Below, one piece after another: positions 17,681 to 27,800 of a stretch of DNA of 32,000 bases. A model generated the notes under the pieces. It was given only the letters and a program-made list of their open reading frames with translations. It did not search any database and was not told the origin of the DNA. The first letter of the stretch is position 1. Every line of letters begins with the position of its first letter. This DNA is from Cupriavidus necator (GTDB lineage: Bacteria > Pseudomonadota > Gammaproteobacteria > Burkholderiales > Burkholderiaceae). The stretch covers positions 2,340,001-2,372,000 of the forward strand of contig NZ_CP066018.1 of the NCBI RefSeq assembly GCF_016127575.1, read 5' to 3'. The translations under genes were made by a program, and so were the position numbers.

Positions 17681-17751
17681 CCGCGTATTGTAGCCGCCGC
17701 ATCCGGGCATCGCACGGGGGGTGTTGCAGGCACCGGTGCGATAATCCGCCA

Positions 17752-19272
17752 ATGCAGACCGACTCCTCGCAATCCCTGCCGCCGGGTGCCCTGCGCGGCA
17801 CGCTGATGGTCCAGGGCACGACTTCCGATGCCGGCAAGAGCACCATCGTGGCCGGCCTGTGCCGGGTGCTGGCGCGTGCCGGCACGCACGTGGTGCCATT
17901 CAAGCCGCAAAACATGGCGCTGAACAGCGCGGTCACCGCCGACGGCGGCGAGATCGGCCGCGCGCAGGCGCTGCAGGCACAGGCCGCGCGGCTGGCACCG
18001 CATACCGACATGAACCCGGTGCTGCTCAAGCCCAGCAGCGACACCGGCGCGCAGGTGATCATCCACGGCCGCGCACGGCTGGACCTGGATGCGCGCGCCT
18101 ACCATGCCTACAAGCCCGAGGCGATGAAGGCCGTGCTGGCTTCGCACACGCGCCTGGCGCAGGCCTATAAGGTGGTGCTGGTGGAGGGCGCCGGCAGCCC
18201 GGCCGAGGTCAACCTGCGCGAGCGCGACATCGCCAACATGGGCTTTGCCGAGCGCGTCGACTGCCCGGTGGTGCTGGTGGCGGACATCGACCGCGGTGGC
18301 GTGTTTGCGCACCTGGTCGGCACGCTCGACTGCCTGTCCGAGAGCGAACGCGCGCGCGTGACCGGCTTCATCATCAACCGCTTCCGCGGCGATGTCGGCC
18401 TGCTGGAGCCGGGACTGGACTGGCTGGTGGCGCGCACCGGCAAACCGGTATTCGGCGTGCTGCCCTTCCTGCACGGCCTGCATCTCGATGCCGAGGACGC
18501 CATCATCGGCGCGCAAGCGGACAAGGCCGGCACGCCGGCGCAGCGCCTGCGCGTGATCGTGCCGGTGCTGCCGCGCATCGCCAACCATACCGACTTCGAC
18601 GCGCTGCGCGCGCACCCGCAGGTGGACCTGCAGTTTGTCGGGCCCGGCATGCCGATCCCGCCCGCGGACCTGGTGGTGCTGCCCGGCAGCAAGAACGTGC
18701 GCGGCGACCTGGACTTCATCCGCGCCAATGGCTGGGACGCGGCGCTGGCCCGGCACCTGCGCTACGGCGGCAAGCTGATCGGGATCTGCGGCGGCATGCA
18801 GATGCTGGGGCGGCAGGTGCACGATCCCGATGGCCGCGAAGGCCCGGCCGGCAGCAGCGCGGGGCTGGGCTGGCTGGATTTCGAGACCACGCTGGCGGCA
18901 GAGAAGCAGCTGCGCCAGGTCGGCGGCCGGCTGGCGCTGGATCAGGCCGATGCGCCGGTGCGCGGCTATGAGATCCACCTTGGCGTCACCACGGGCGCGG
19001 GGCTGGAGCAGCCGGCCCTGTGGCTCGAGCGCGGCGACGGCACGGTGCGGCCCGACGGCGCGCGCTCGGCCGACGGCCAGGTGCTGGCCACCTATGTCCA
19101 CGGCCTGTTCGACGAGCCCGCCGGCTGCCAGGCGCTGCTGCGCTGGGCGGGGCTGGACGGCGCCCAGGAGGTGGACCTCGACGCATTGCGCGAAGCATCG
19201 ATCGAGCGGCTTGCCGACACCATGACCGCGCACCTGGACCTGGATGCGATGCTGGCGCCGCTGCGGCGCTGA
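17752..19272 (+). CDS. cobQ: Cobyric acid synthase (glutamine amidotransferase)
   Basis: [21 protein letters not shown]...[25 protein letters not shown]...NPVLLKP...[11 protein letters not shown]...[10 protein letters not shown] plus the C-terminal GATase ICGGMQMLG...GYEIHLG. An alternative start is the ATG at 17806 (MVQGTT). Confidence 0.9.
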   Translation: MQTDSSQSLPPGALRGTLMVQGTTSDAGKSTIVAGLCRVLARAGTHVVPFKPQNMALNSAVTADGGEIGRAQALQAQAARLAPHTDMNPVLLKPSSDTGAQVIIHGRARLDLDARAYHAYKPEAMKAVLASHTRLAQAYKVVLVEGAGSPAEVNLRERDIANMGFAERVDCPVVLVADIDRGGVFAHLVGTLDCLSESERARVTGFIINRFRGDVGLLEPGLDWLVARTGKPVFGVLPFLHGLHLDAEDAIIGAQADKAGTPAQRLRVIVPVLPRIANHTDFDALRAHPQVDLQFVGPGMPIPPADLVVLPGSKNVRGDLDFIRANGWDAALARHLRYGGKLIGICGGMQMLGRQVHDPDGREGPAGSSAGLGWLDFETTLAAEKQLRQVGGRLALDQADAPVRGYEIHLGVTTGAGLEQPALWLERGDGTVRPDGARSADGQVLATYVHGLFDEPAGCQALLRWAGLDGAQEVDLDALREASIERLADTMTAHLDLDAMLAPLRR

Positions 19273-19405
19273 CGCATGCGGCACGGCCGCCTGGCGGGGC
19301 CCCTGCTAGAATCGCGAATCTTTCGCATTTGCATTCTGCGTGGAGGTGGCCTGTGCGCCATATTCCACGCATGGCAGCGTCCGCTCAACGTACTTCAGCC
19401 CCCAC

Positions 19406-20599
19406 ATGGTCACCGGCCGCCTGCGCGTCGCCCTCGTCAAACTGCACCTGTATATCGGCCTGAGCCTTGGCCTGCTGTTCGTCCTGTTCGGGCTGACCGG
19501 CATGACCATTGCCTGGCGGGAGGAACTGGATGCCTGGCTCAACCCTGACCTGCTGGTGGCGTCCGCGCCGATGACGGAGCCGGTGTCGCCGGCCACGGTC
19601 CAGGCAGTGACCGAGCGGCTGGCTGCACCCCCCTATGGCAAGCCCAACCTGCTGATGCTGCCCGTCCATGCCGACGGCGTCTTTATCGCCTGGTACCCGG
19701 TCAAGGGGCCCGACGGCGTGGTGCCGGGCCGCTCGCGCCAGGTGATGGTCGATCCGGTCACGCTTGCGGTGAAGGGCGAGCGGGTCTGGGGCGAGGCGGG
19801 CCTGTCGCGCCGCCTGTTGCTGCCCACGCTGTTTCACCTGCATCGCTACCTGCTGTCAGGCGACACCGGCAAGACCATCACCGGCGTGGCCGGCATGCTG
19901 CTGTTGCTGACCACGCTGGTGGGCGTGGCGGTGTGGTGGCCCAGGATGAAGCTGCGCTCGGTGGTGCAGGCGTTCCGCATCACGCACGGCGGCTCATGGT
20001 CGCGCTTCAACTATTCGCTGCATCGCGCCGGCGGCATCCTGGCCGCGCCGGTGCTGGCCATCATCGCCTTTTCGGGCTGGTACCTGAACCTGCCGAAGTG
20101 GGTGACACCGATGGTGGCGGGCGTGATGACCGTGACGCCGCCGGTGAAGCACGTCTCGGCACCGGCGCCGGCCGGGGCCCGGCCGCTGGGCGCGGGCGAG
20201 ATCATGGCGGCGGCGCAGGCCCGGTACCCGCAAGCGCAGGTGACCCGCATCAGCTTCCCGCGCAAGCCGGGCGATGCGTTCGAGATCCGGCTGCGCCAGC
20301 CCGGCGAGGTGCGCAAGGATACCGGTGCCACGCGGCTGTGGCTCGATGCCTGGAGCGGCAAGCCGCTGGGCATGCGTGATCCGCAGCAGGCGCCGGCGGG
20401 CGACACGCTGCTGAACTGGCTGTTTCCGCTCCATACCGGCGAGGCCTTCGGGCTGCCGGGGCGGGTGTTTATCACGCTGTTCGGGCTGGCGCCGCTGGCG
20501 TTTGCCGTGACCGGCGTGCTGATCTGGTGGAAGCGGCGGCGGGGTCATCAGCGGCATGTGGTGAAGGCCGCACAGCGATCCGGCATGCGCCGGGCATGA
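19406..20599 (+). CDS. PepSY-associated TM-helix domain protein (PiuB/FoxB-like membrane protein)
   Basis: MVTGRLRVALVKLHLYIGLSLGLLFVLFGLTGMTIAWREELDAWLNPDL ... LFHLHRYLL ... WLFPLHTGEAFGLPGRVFITLFGLAPLAFAVTGVLIWWKRR matches the family pattern (N-terminal TM, H-containing helices, C-terminal LH.G..G motif). Confidence 0.8.
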   Translation: MVTGRLRVALVKLHLYIGLSLGLLFVLFGLTGMTIAWREELDAWLNPDLLVASAPMTEPVSPATVQAVTERLAAPPYGKPNLLMLPVHADGVFIAWYPVKGPDGVVPGRSRQVMVDPVTLAVKGERVWGEAGLSRRLLLPTLFHLHRYLLSGDTGKTITGVAGMLLLLTTLVGVAVWWPRMKLRSVVQAFRITHGGSWSRFNYSLHRAGGILAAPVLAIIAFSGWYLNLPKWVTPMVAGVMTVTPPVKHVSAPAPAGARPLGAGEIMAAAQARYPQAQVTRISFPRKPGDAFEIRLRQPGEVRKDTGATRLWLDAWSGKPLGMRDPQQAPAGDTLLNWLFPLHTGEAFGLPGRVFITLFGLAPLAFAVTGVLIWWKRRRGHQRHVVKAAQRSGMRRA

Positions 20600-20628
20600 A
20601 AAAAGCAGGCCGCCGGCCTGCTTTTTTT
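20599..20628. terminator. Bidirectional rho-independent terminator between the PepSY gene and panC
   Basis: AAAAAGCAGGC (stem 20605-20610), loop CGCCG, GCCTGC (20616-21), then TTTTTTT. The A-tract on the other side lets it serve the convergent minus-strand gene as well. Confidence 0.7.
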
Positions 20629-20648
20629 GCCTGGTGCGGCGCTGCCGC

Positions 20649-21701
<1,053 letters not shown>

Positions 21702-22595
21702 TCAGGTCGGGCTGTACGCCAATCGCACATAAATTGGGGCGAACGGTTCGGCCTGGGTGATCTCCACCAGCGCTTCGCGCGACAGCTCCAGCATGGCGAT
21801 AAAGTTCACCACCACCACCGGCACGCCCTTGCCGGAGCGCACCGCGTCCTCGAACAGCTCGGAGAATTCCATGAAGCGCGCGTGTTGCAAGCGGCGCAGG
21901 ATCTGGCTCATGTGCTCGCGCACCGACAGTTCCTCGCGCGAGATCTTGTGGTGCTGGTTGAGCTTGGCGCGCTTGAGCACATCGGCCCAGGCGGCCTGCA
22001 GGTCGATCGTCTCCACTTCCGGGAAGCGCGGCGCCAGGCTCTGCTCGATATAGACCTGCGAGCGCAGGAAGTCGCGGCCCAGCTGCGGCACCGTGTCCAG
22101 GCGCTGCGCGGCCAGCTTCATCTGCTCGTACTCCAGCAGGCGGCGCACCAGCTCGGCGCGCGGGTCCTCGGCCTCATCGTCGCTGTCGGCCTTCTTGACC
22201 GGCAGCAGCATGCGCGACTTGATCTCGATCAGCATGGCCGCCATCAGCAGGTATTCGGCGGCCAGCTCGAGGTTGGTCTTGCGGATCTGCTCGATGTAGG
22301 ACAGATACTGCCGCGTGACCTGCGACATCGGGATGTCGAGGACATTGAAGTTCTGCTTGCGGATCAGGTACAGCAGCAGGTCCAGCGGGCCCTCGAAGGC
22401 TTCCAGGAAGATCTCGAGCGCGTCCGGCGGGATGTACAGGTCCTGCGGCAGCTTGAACAGCGGCTCGCCGTACAGGCGCGCGAAGGCCATCCCGTCGACC
22501 ATGTCGGCGGGGCCGGCAGGGCCGGCTGCAACGGCCGGGGCCACGGCAGGCAGCTCGACGGGCAGCGGCAGCTTGTCCTGGTCGCCTGCGCTCAT
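21702..22595 (-). CDS. scpA: Segregation and condensation protein A (kleisin)
   Basis: FEGPLDLLLYLIRKQNFNVLDIPMSQVTRQYLSYIE...LAAEYLLMAAMLIEIKSRMLLP is the typical ScpA pattern. The start at 22595 (MSAGDQ) gives an Ala/Pro-rich N-terminal extension, so the exact start is uncertain. Confidence 0.85.
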   Translation of the reverse strand: MSAGDQDKLPLPVELPAVAPAVAAGPAGPADMVDGMAFARLYGEPLFKLPQDLYIPPDALEIFLEAFEGPLDLLLYLIRKQNFNVLDIPMSQVTRQYLSYIEQIRKTNLELAAEYLLMAAMLIEIKSRMLLPVKKADSDDEAEDPRAELVRRLLEYEQMKLAAQRLDTVPQLGRDFLRSQVYIEQSLAPRFPEVETIDLQAAWADVLKRAKLNQHHKISREELSVREHMSQILRRLQHARFMEFSELFEDAVRSGKGVPVVVVNFIAMLELSREALVEITQAEPFAPIYVRLAYSPT

Positions 22596-22626
22596 GGGCG
22601 GCGTGCGCTCGCGGGGGCGGCGGGAA

Positions 22627-22818
22627 TCAGTTGTCCTGCGCGTAGACGTATGGCTTCTGCGCCACGCGCGAAGCTTCGGCGCGGGCGCGCTCTTCCAGGT
22701 CGATCGGCGACTTGTCCCACAGCAGGGCACGGCCGTCGCGCTGTTCGGCCTCCAGCGTCGGGCGCTCTTGCTTGAGCTGCTTCAGGAACTGGGTGATATC
22801 GGATTCGTAGATGGCCAT
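22627..22818 (-). CDS. DUF3460 family small protein
   Basis: 63 aa. MAIYESDITQFLKQLKQERPTLEAEQRDGRALLWDK matches my recollection of the DUF3460 pattern common in Burkholderiales. The first codon of the listed ORF (22824) is TTG; the ATG is at 22818. Confidence 0.65.
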   Translation of the reverse strand: MAIYESDITQFLKQLKQERPTLEAEQRDGRALLWDKSPIDLEERARAEASRVAQKPYVYAQDN

Positions 22819-22985
22819 GTTCAACCGTGATGCGCCCGCGCGGGCGCCAGATAGGTACAGTGGGCCACGATTTTACAGTATCGGCCCCCCGGAATGCATC
22901 CGGGCCGGGTGCAAGGCGCCGGAAAGTTCCGGGCATAAGGCCGGGTGTGGTCAAATACCGACTTTGTATGTGTGGACAATCGGCG

Positions 22986-24788
22986 ATGCCGCAAGACACC
23001 GCTATTACCGCTGACTCCGCTGGCCGCGCGCGCGTGGCCGTTCGCGTACTGGCCGCGCTGGGCGCGGTGCTGGCGCTGGCGGCCGCCCCGGCGCGCGCCG
23101 CCTACAAGGTCGAAGTCGAGGCGCCCAAGCCGATCCGCGAGATGCTGGAAGAGCATCTGGACCTGGCACGCTACCAGGACCGCGCCGACCTTTCGCCGGA
23201 CCAGCTCGACTATATGATCGAGACCGTCGGCGAGCAGGTGCGGGCGTTCACCTCAACCGAGGGCTACTTCGACCCGACCACCACCACCCGCGTGGAAGGC
23301 GAGGGCGACAAGCGCGTGGTCCACGTGATGGTCGACCCCGGCGCGCGCACGCTGATCCGCAATGTCGACGTCCAGGTGACGGGCCCGGCGGCCACGCGTT
23401 CGCCCGAACAGGTGGCCGAGCTGCAGGCCAAGTGGGGACTGCCGGTGGGCGAGCCGTTCCGGCAGGGCGACTGGGACAAGGCCAAGGAGGACGCGCTGGT
23501 CACGCTGCAGAGCCACAATTACTACGGCGCGCGCCTGGCCGCGTCGCAGGCGCGCGTGGAGCCGGACGACCAGCGCGCGGACCTGTCCGCGCATTACGCC
23601 AGCGGCCCGGCCTACCTGCTGGGGCCGCTGAAGGTGACCGGCACGCGCCGCTATCCGCAACAGATCATCTACAACGTCAACCCGCTGAACGAGGGCGAGC
23701 CGTACCGCGTGGAGCGGCTGCTCGAGTTGCAGCGCGCGATCCAGAACCAGCCGTACTTCTCCAACGTGCAGGTCGACCTGGAACCGCCCCCGGACGCCGA
23801 CAAGGCGGCAGACGGCGTGGTGACCGCGCCGGTCTCGGTGCGCGTGCGCGAATATCCGGCGCACCGGCTCAACAGCGGCGTGGGCTTTACCACCGACACC
23901 GGCGCGCAGATCGAAGGCCGCTATTCGTACTACAACCTGTTCAACCGCGCCTGGACCTTCGACTCGCAGGCGCGGCTGGAGCAGAAGCGCTCCTATCTGT
24001 TCGCCGAGGCCGCGATGCCCCCGGACAGGGGCAACTACCGCAACAGCGTGTACAGCAGCTACGAGCGCACCATCGACATCGAGAACACCGACACCACCAG
24101 CCTGCGCGCGGGCCTGAAGCGCTCGCGCTCGCGCGAGAAGTACGACGTGACGACGTCGCTGGATTTCTACTACGACAAGCTGCTGCCGGAGGGCCAGGCC
24201 GCCCAGATCAGCAAGGCGCTGGTGCCGGCCTTTGCCTGGACGCGGCGCGACGTCGACAATCCCGTGTTCCCGCGCCGCGGCAACGTGATCAGCACCCAGA
24301 TCGGGGTGGCCGCCAGGGGATTCCTCAGCGATGCCACATTCCTGCGGCTGTACGGCCGTATCCGCCAGTACATACCGGTGGGCAAGCGCGACCTGGTGGT
24401 GGCACGGCTGGAACTCGGTGCCGACCTGACCGGCGACAGCTCCAGCCAGATCCCGGCCACGCTGCGCTTCCGCGCCGGCGGCACCGATTCGATTCGGGGC
24501 TACACCTACCAGTCGATCGGCACGCCCAGCGGCTCCAGCATCTTGCCGGCCAAGTACCTGGGCACCGGCAGCCTGGAGTACCAGTACTGGTTCAAGCCGG
24601 ACTGGGGCGTGGCGGTGTTCTGGGATCTCGGCACCGCCGCCGACAACCTGCGCGGCGTGACCATCTACAACGGCGTGGGCGTCGGCGTGCGCTGGCGCAC
24701 GCCGGTGGGCCCGCTGCAGCTGGACGTGGGCTACGGCATCCAGGAGCAGCAGTTCCGCCCGCATATCTCGCTGGGGGTGGCGTTCTGA
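22986..24788 (+). CDS. tamA: TamA-like outer-membrane protein (Omp85/BamA family, translocation and assembly module)
   Basis: Signal peptide ...VLAALGAVLALAAAPARA. POTRA-like N-terminal region. The C-terminal beta-barrel has the RFRAGGTDSIRGY motif and a terminal ...HISLGVAF aromatic end. It lies directly upstream of a DUF490/TamB-type giant protein. Confidence 0.85.
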   Translation: MPQDTAITADSAGRARVAVRVLAALGAVLALAAAPARAAYKVEVEAPKPIREMLEEHLDLARYQDRADLSPDQLDYMIETVGEQVRAFTSTEGYFDPTTTTRVEGEGDKRVVHVMVDPGARTLIRNVDVQVTGPAATRSPEQVAELQAKWGLPVGEPFRQGDWDKAKEDALVTLQSHNYYGARLAASQARVEPDDQRADLSAHYASGPAYLLGPLKVTGTRRYPQQIIYNVNPLNEGEPYRVERLLELQRAIQNQPYFSNVQVDLEPPPDADKAADGVVTAPVSVRVREYPAHRLNSGVGFTTDTGAQIEGRYSYYNLFNRAWTFDSQARLEQKRSYLFAEAAMPPDRGNYRNSVYSSYERTIDIENTDTTSLRAGLKRSRSREKYDVTTSLDFYYDKLLPEGQAAQISKALVPAFAWTRRDVDNPVFPRRGNVISTQIGVAARGFLSDATFLRLYGRIRQYIPVGKRDLVVARLELGADLTGDSSSQIPATLRFRAGGTDSIRGYTYQSIGTPSGSSILPAKYLGTGSLEYQYWFKPDWGVAVFWDLGTAADNLRGVTIYNGVGVGVRWRTPVGPLQLDVGYGIQEQQFRPHISLGVAF

Positions 24789-24828
24789 TGCGGCACCCTT
24801 GTATTTCACGCCTGACCCGGATGCCGGC

Positions 24829-27800
24829 ATGAGCGCCCACGATCTGCCTTCGGTGCCCGGCGGCGATTCGGCCCGGACCCCGATCCCGCCCGCGCCGCGC
24901 AAGCGGCGGCGGCTGTGGCGCGTGCTGGCCTGGCTGGTCGGCATCCTGCTGCTGCTGATGGTGGCGCTGGCGGCGGCGGGCGTGGCGGCGCTGCGCACCG
25001 AGACCGGCACCCGCCACCTGTGGACGCTGGCCACGCGGCTGTCGGCCGGCATGCTCAGCGGCCGGCTGGAAGGCGGCACCGTGGCGCACGGCCTGCGCCT
25101 GCGCGACGTGGTGTTCGCCAGCGGCCAGACGCGCGTGGCGGTGGACCGCGTGGATGGCAACTGGGTGCTCGGCTGGCAGGCGCGGCGCCTGCACGTGCAA
25201 TGGCTGCGCATTGGCAAGGCCGAAGTGAAGCTCGGCCCGTCCGAGCCGAGCACCGAGCCGATGCAGAAGCCCACCTCGCTCGAACTGCCGCTGGCCATCG
25301 ATGTCGATTCGCTGACGCTTGAGCGGCTGTCGCTGCTGCAGGGTACGGCGCCCACGGCCGAGCCGATGGTGTTCAGCAACCTGGCCGGCGCGCTGCACAG
25401 CGACGGCCAGCGCCACCGCGTCAGCGTGGACAAGCTGGAAACACCATACGGCAAGCTGGCAGCCAACGCCCAGCTGGGCGCACGCGCCCCGTTCGCGCTC
25501 AGCGCCGAAGCCTTGCTGGAAAGCAGCTGGCAGGATGAGGCCTTTGCCGTCAATGCCACCGCCAAGGGCAACCTGGACGCGCTGCGAGCCGAGCTGCAGG
25601 CCAGCGGCGACCGCATCCACCTGCGCGCCGGCGCCGACCTGACGCCGTTCGGCAAGGTGCCGTTCACGCACCTGCTGGTCGATGGCGATCGCATCAACCC
25701 GCGCCTGTTCAGCCCGTCGGCGCCACAGGCCAACCTGACCGTGCATGCCGAGCTGCGGCCGGTGGGCGGCGTGGCGGCGGCTGCCGGCGCGCAGGCGGCC
25801 AGCGCCGTGTCGGCATCGCCCCCCCCGGCGGCATCGGGGGTCTCCGCATCCGCCCCTGCGGCCGCGCCTGCGCCCGCACCGCTGGCTGTCGCCGGCGACA
25901 TCGAGATCAGCAACCTGGAAGCCGGTCCGCTGGACAAGGAGCGGCTGCCGGTGCAGTCGGTGCGCGCCCATGTCGAGCTGAGCGAGATGGCACAGGCCGT
26001 CTCGGACCTGCGCGTGGCGCTGGCCGGCAAGGCCGAGATCTCCGGCGGCGGTTCGCTGCGCGGCGGCCGTGGCGGTTTCGACCTGGACGTGCGCAGGCTG
26101 GACCCGGCCGCGCTGCATGGCTCGCTGACCAGCGCCAGCCTGTCCGGCCCGGTGGTGGTGCGGATGGAGCCGGGCCGGCAAAGCGTGGCGCTGGACCTGT
26201 CGGGCGGGCCGCTCAAGCTTTTCGCCGATGCCAGCATCGATGCCGAGGCGCTCACGCTGGCCACGCTGCGCGCCGCGGTGGGGCCGGGTTTGCTGACCGC
26301 GGAAGGCAAGCTCGGCCTGAAGGACAAGCAGCCGTTCAGCTTCAAGGGCAAGCTGGCCTCGTTCGATCCCTCGCGCCTGGCCAAGGTTGCCGCCGGCCGC
26401 ATCAATGCGGACTTCACCGCGACCGGCGAGATCGCGCCCGAACTCGGTGTGGCGCTGGATTTCGCCGTGCATGAGAGCGAATACGCGGGCCTGCCGATGA
26501 CCGGCGGCGGCAAGGTGCGCCTGGCGGACGAGCGGCTCTTGCCGAGCGAGGCTTCGCTCAGCATGGCCGGCAACCAGGCCAACCTGCGCGGCAGCTTCGG
26601 CGCGCGCGGCGATGCGCTCAAGCTGGCGGTCGATGCGCCGCAGCTGGAGCGGCTCAAGTTTGGCGTGGCCGGCAAGCTCAAGCTCGACGCCACCATCACC
26701 GGCACGCTGAAGAAACCCGAAGTGGTGGCCGACTACAACGCGCAGGCGCTGGAAATGGGCCCGCACAAGGTGGCCAGCGCCAGCGGCCGCGCCGAGGTGC
26801 GCGGCGGCCTGGACGGCCCGCTCTCGGTGCAGCTGGCCGCGCGCGACTACCGCGGCCCGCAGGCCAGCCTGAGCACGCTCGACGCCACGCTCGACGGCAC
26901 CCAGGCCAACCATACCTTCGACGTCAAGGCGGCCGGCAGCCTGAACAAGCGGCCATTGCAGCTGGCGCTGGCGGGGCAGGGCGCGTGGAAGGGCAAGGAC
27001 GGCTGGAACGGCACCATCCGCACGCTGGAAGAGCGCGGCACCGTCAACCTGCGCCTGGCCGCGCCGACGCAGCTGCTGGTGGCCGACCAGCGGGTGCGCC
27101 TGGGCGCGGCGCGCCTGCTGCTGGACCGCGCCACGCTGACCATCGACAGCCTCGACTGGGACCACGGCCGCATCCGCAGCGCGGGCAGCCTGGACGGCCT
27201 GCAGGTGGGCCATGTGCTGGAACTGATGGAAACCATCACCGGCGAGAAGCCGCCGGTGCGCTCCGACCTGGTCATCGACGGCCGCTGGAACCTGGCGCTG
27301 GCCGAGACCGCGACCGGCTTTGCCGAACTGCGCCGGCGCAGCGGCGACCTCTCGGTCAACGCCGGCCGGGGCTTCACCACGCTCGGCCTGGGCGAGACCA
27401 GCCTGCGCGCCGACGCCGGCGGCAACCGTATCGCAATGCGCGGCGGCATGGTGTCGGGCCGCATCGGCAAGGTGGTGGTGGACGCCTCCGCCGGACTGGT
27501 GCAGGAGCAGGGGCTGCAGACCGTGGGCCCGGCCTCGACCCTGGGCGGCACGGTCACCGTCGACGTGCCGCGGCTGAAATCGCTGGAAGCGCTGACCGGC
27601 CCGCAGTACGCTTTCGACGGCAAACTGGCCGCGGCGATGCGCCTGGCCGGCACGATCGGCGCGCCGCTGCTGACCGGCACCGTCGACGGCGACAACCTCG
27701 CCGTCACGCTGTACGACCTGGGCCTGCGCCTGACCGACGGCACTGTGCGCGTGGTGCTGGACCAGAACACGGTCGAGCTCAAGCACGTGGAATTCCACGG

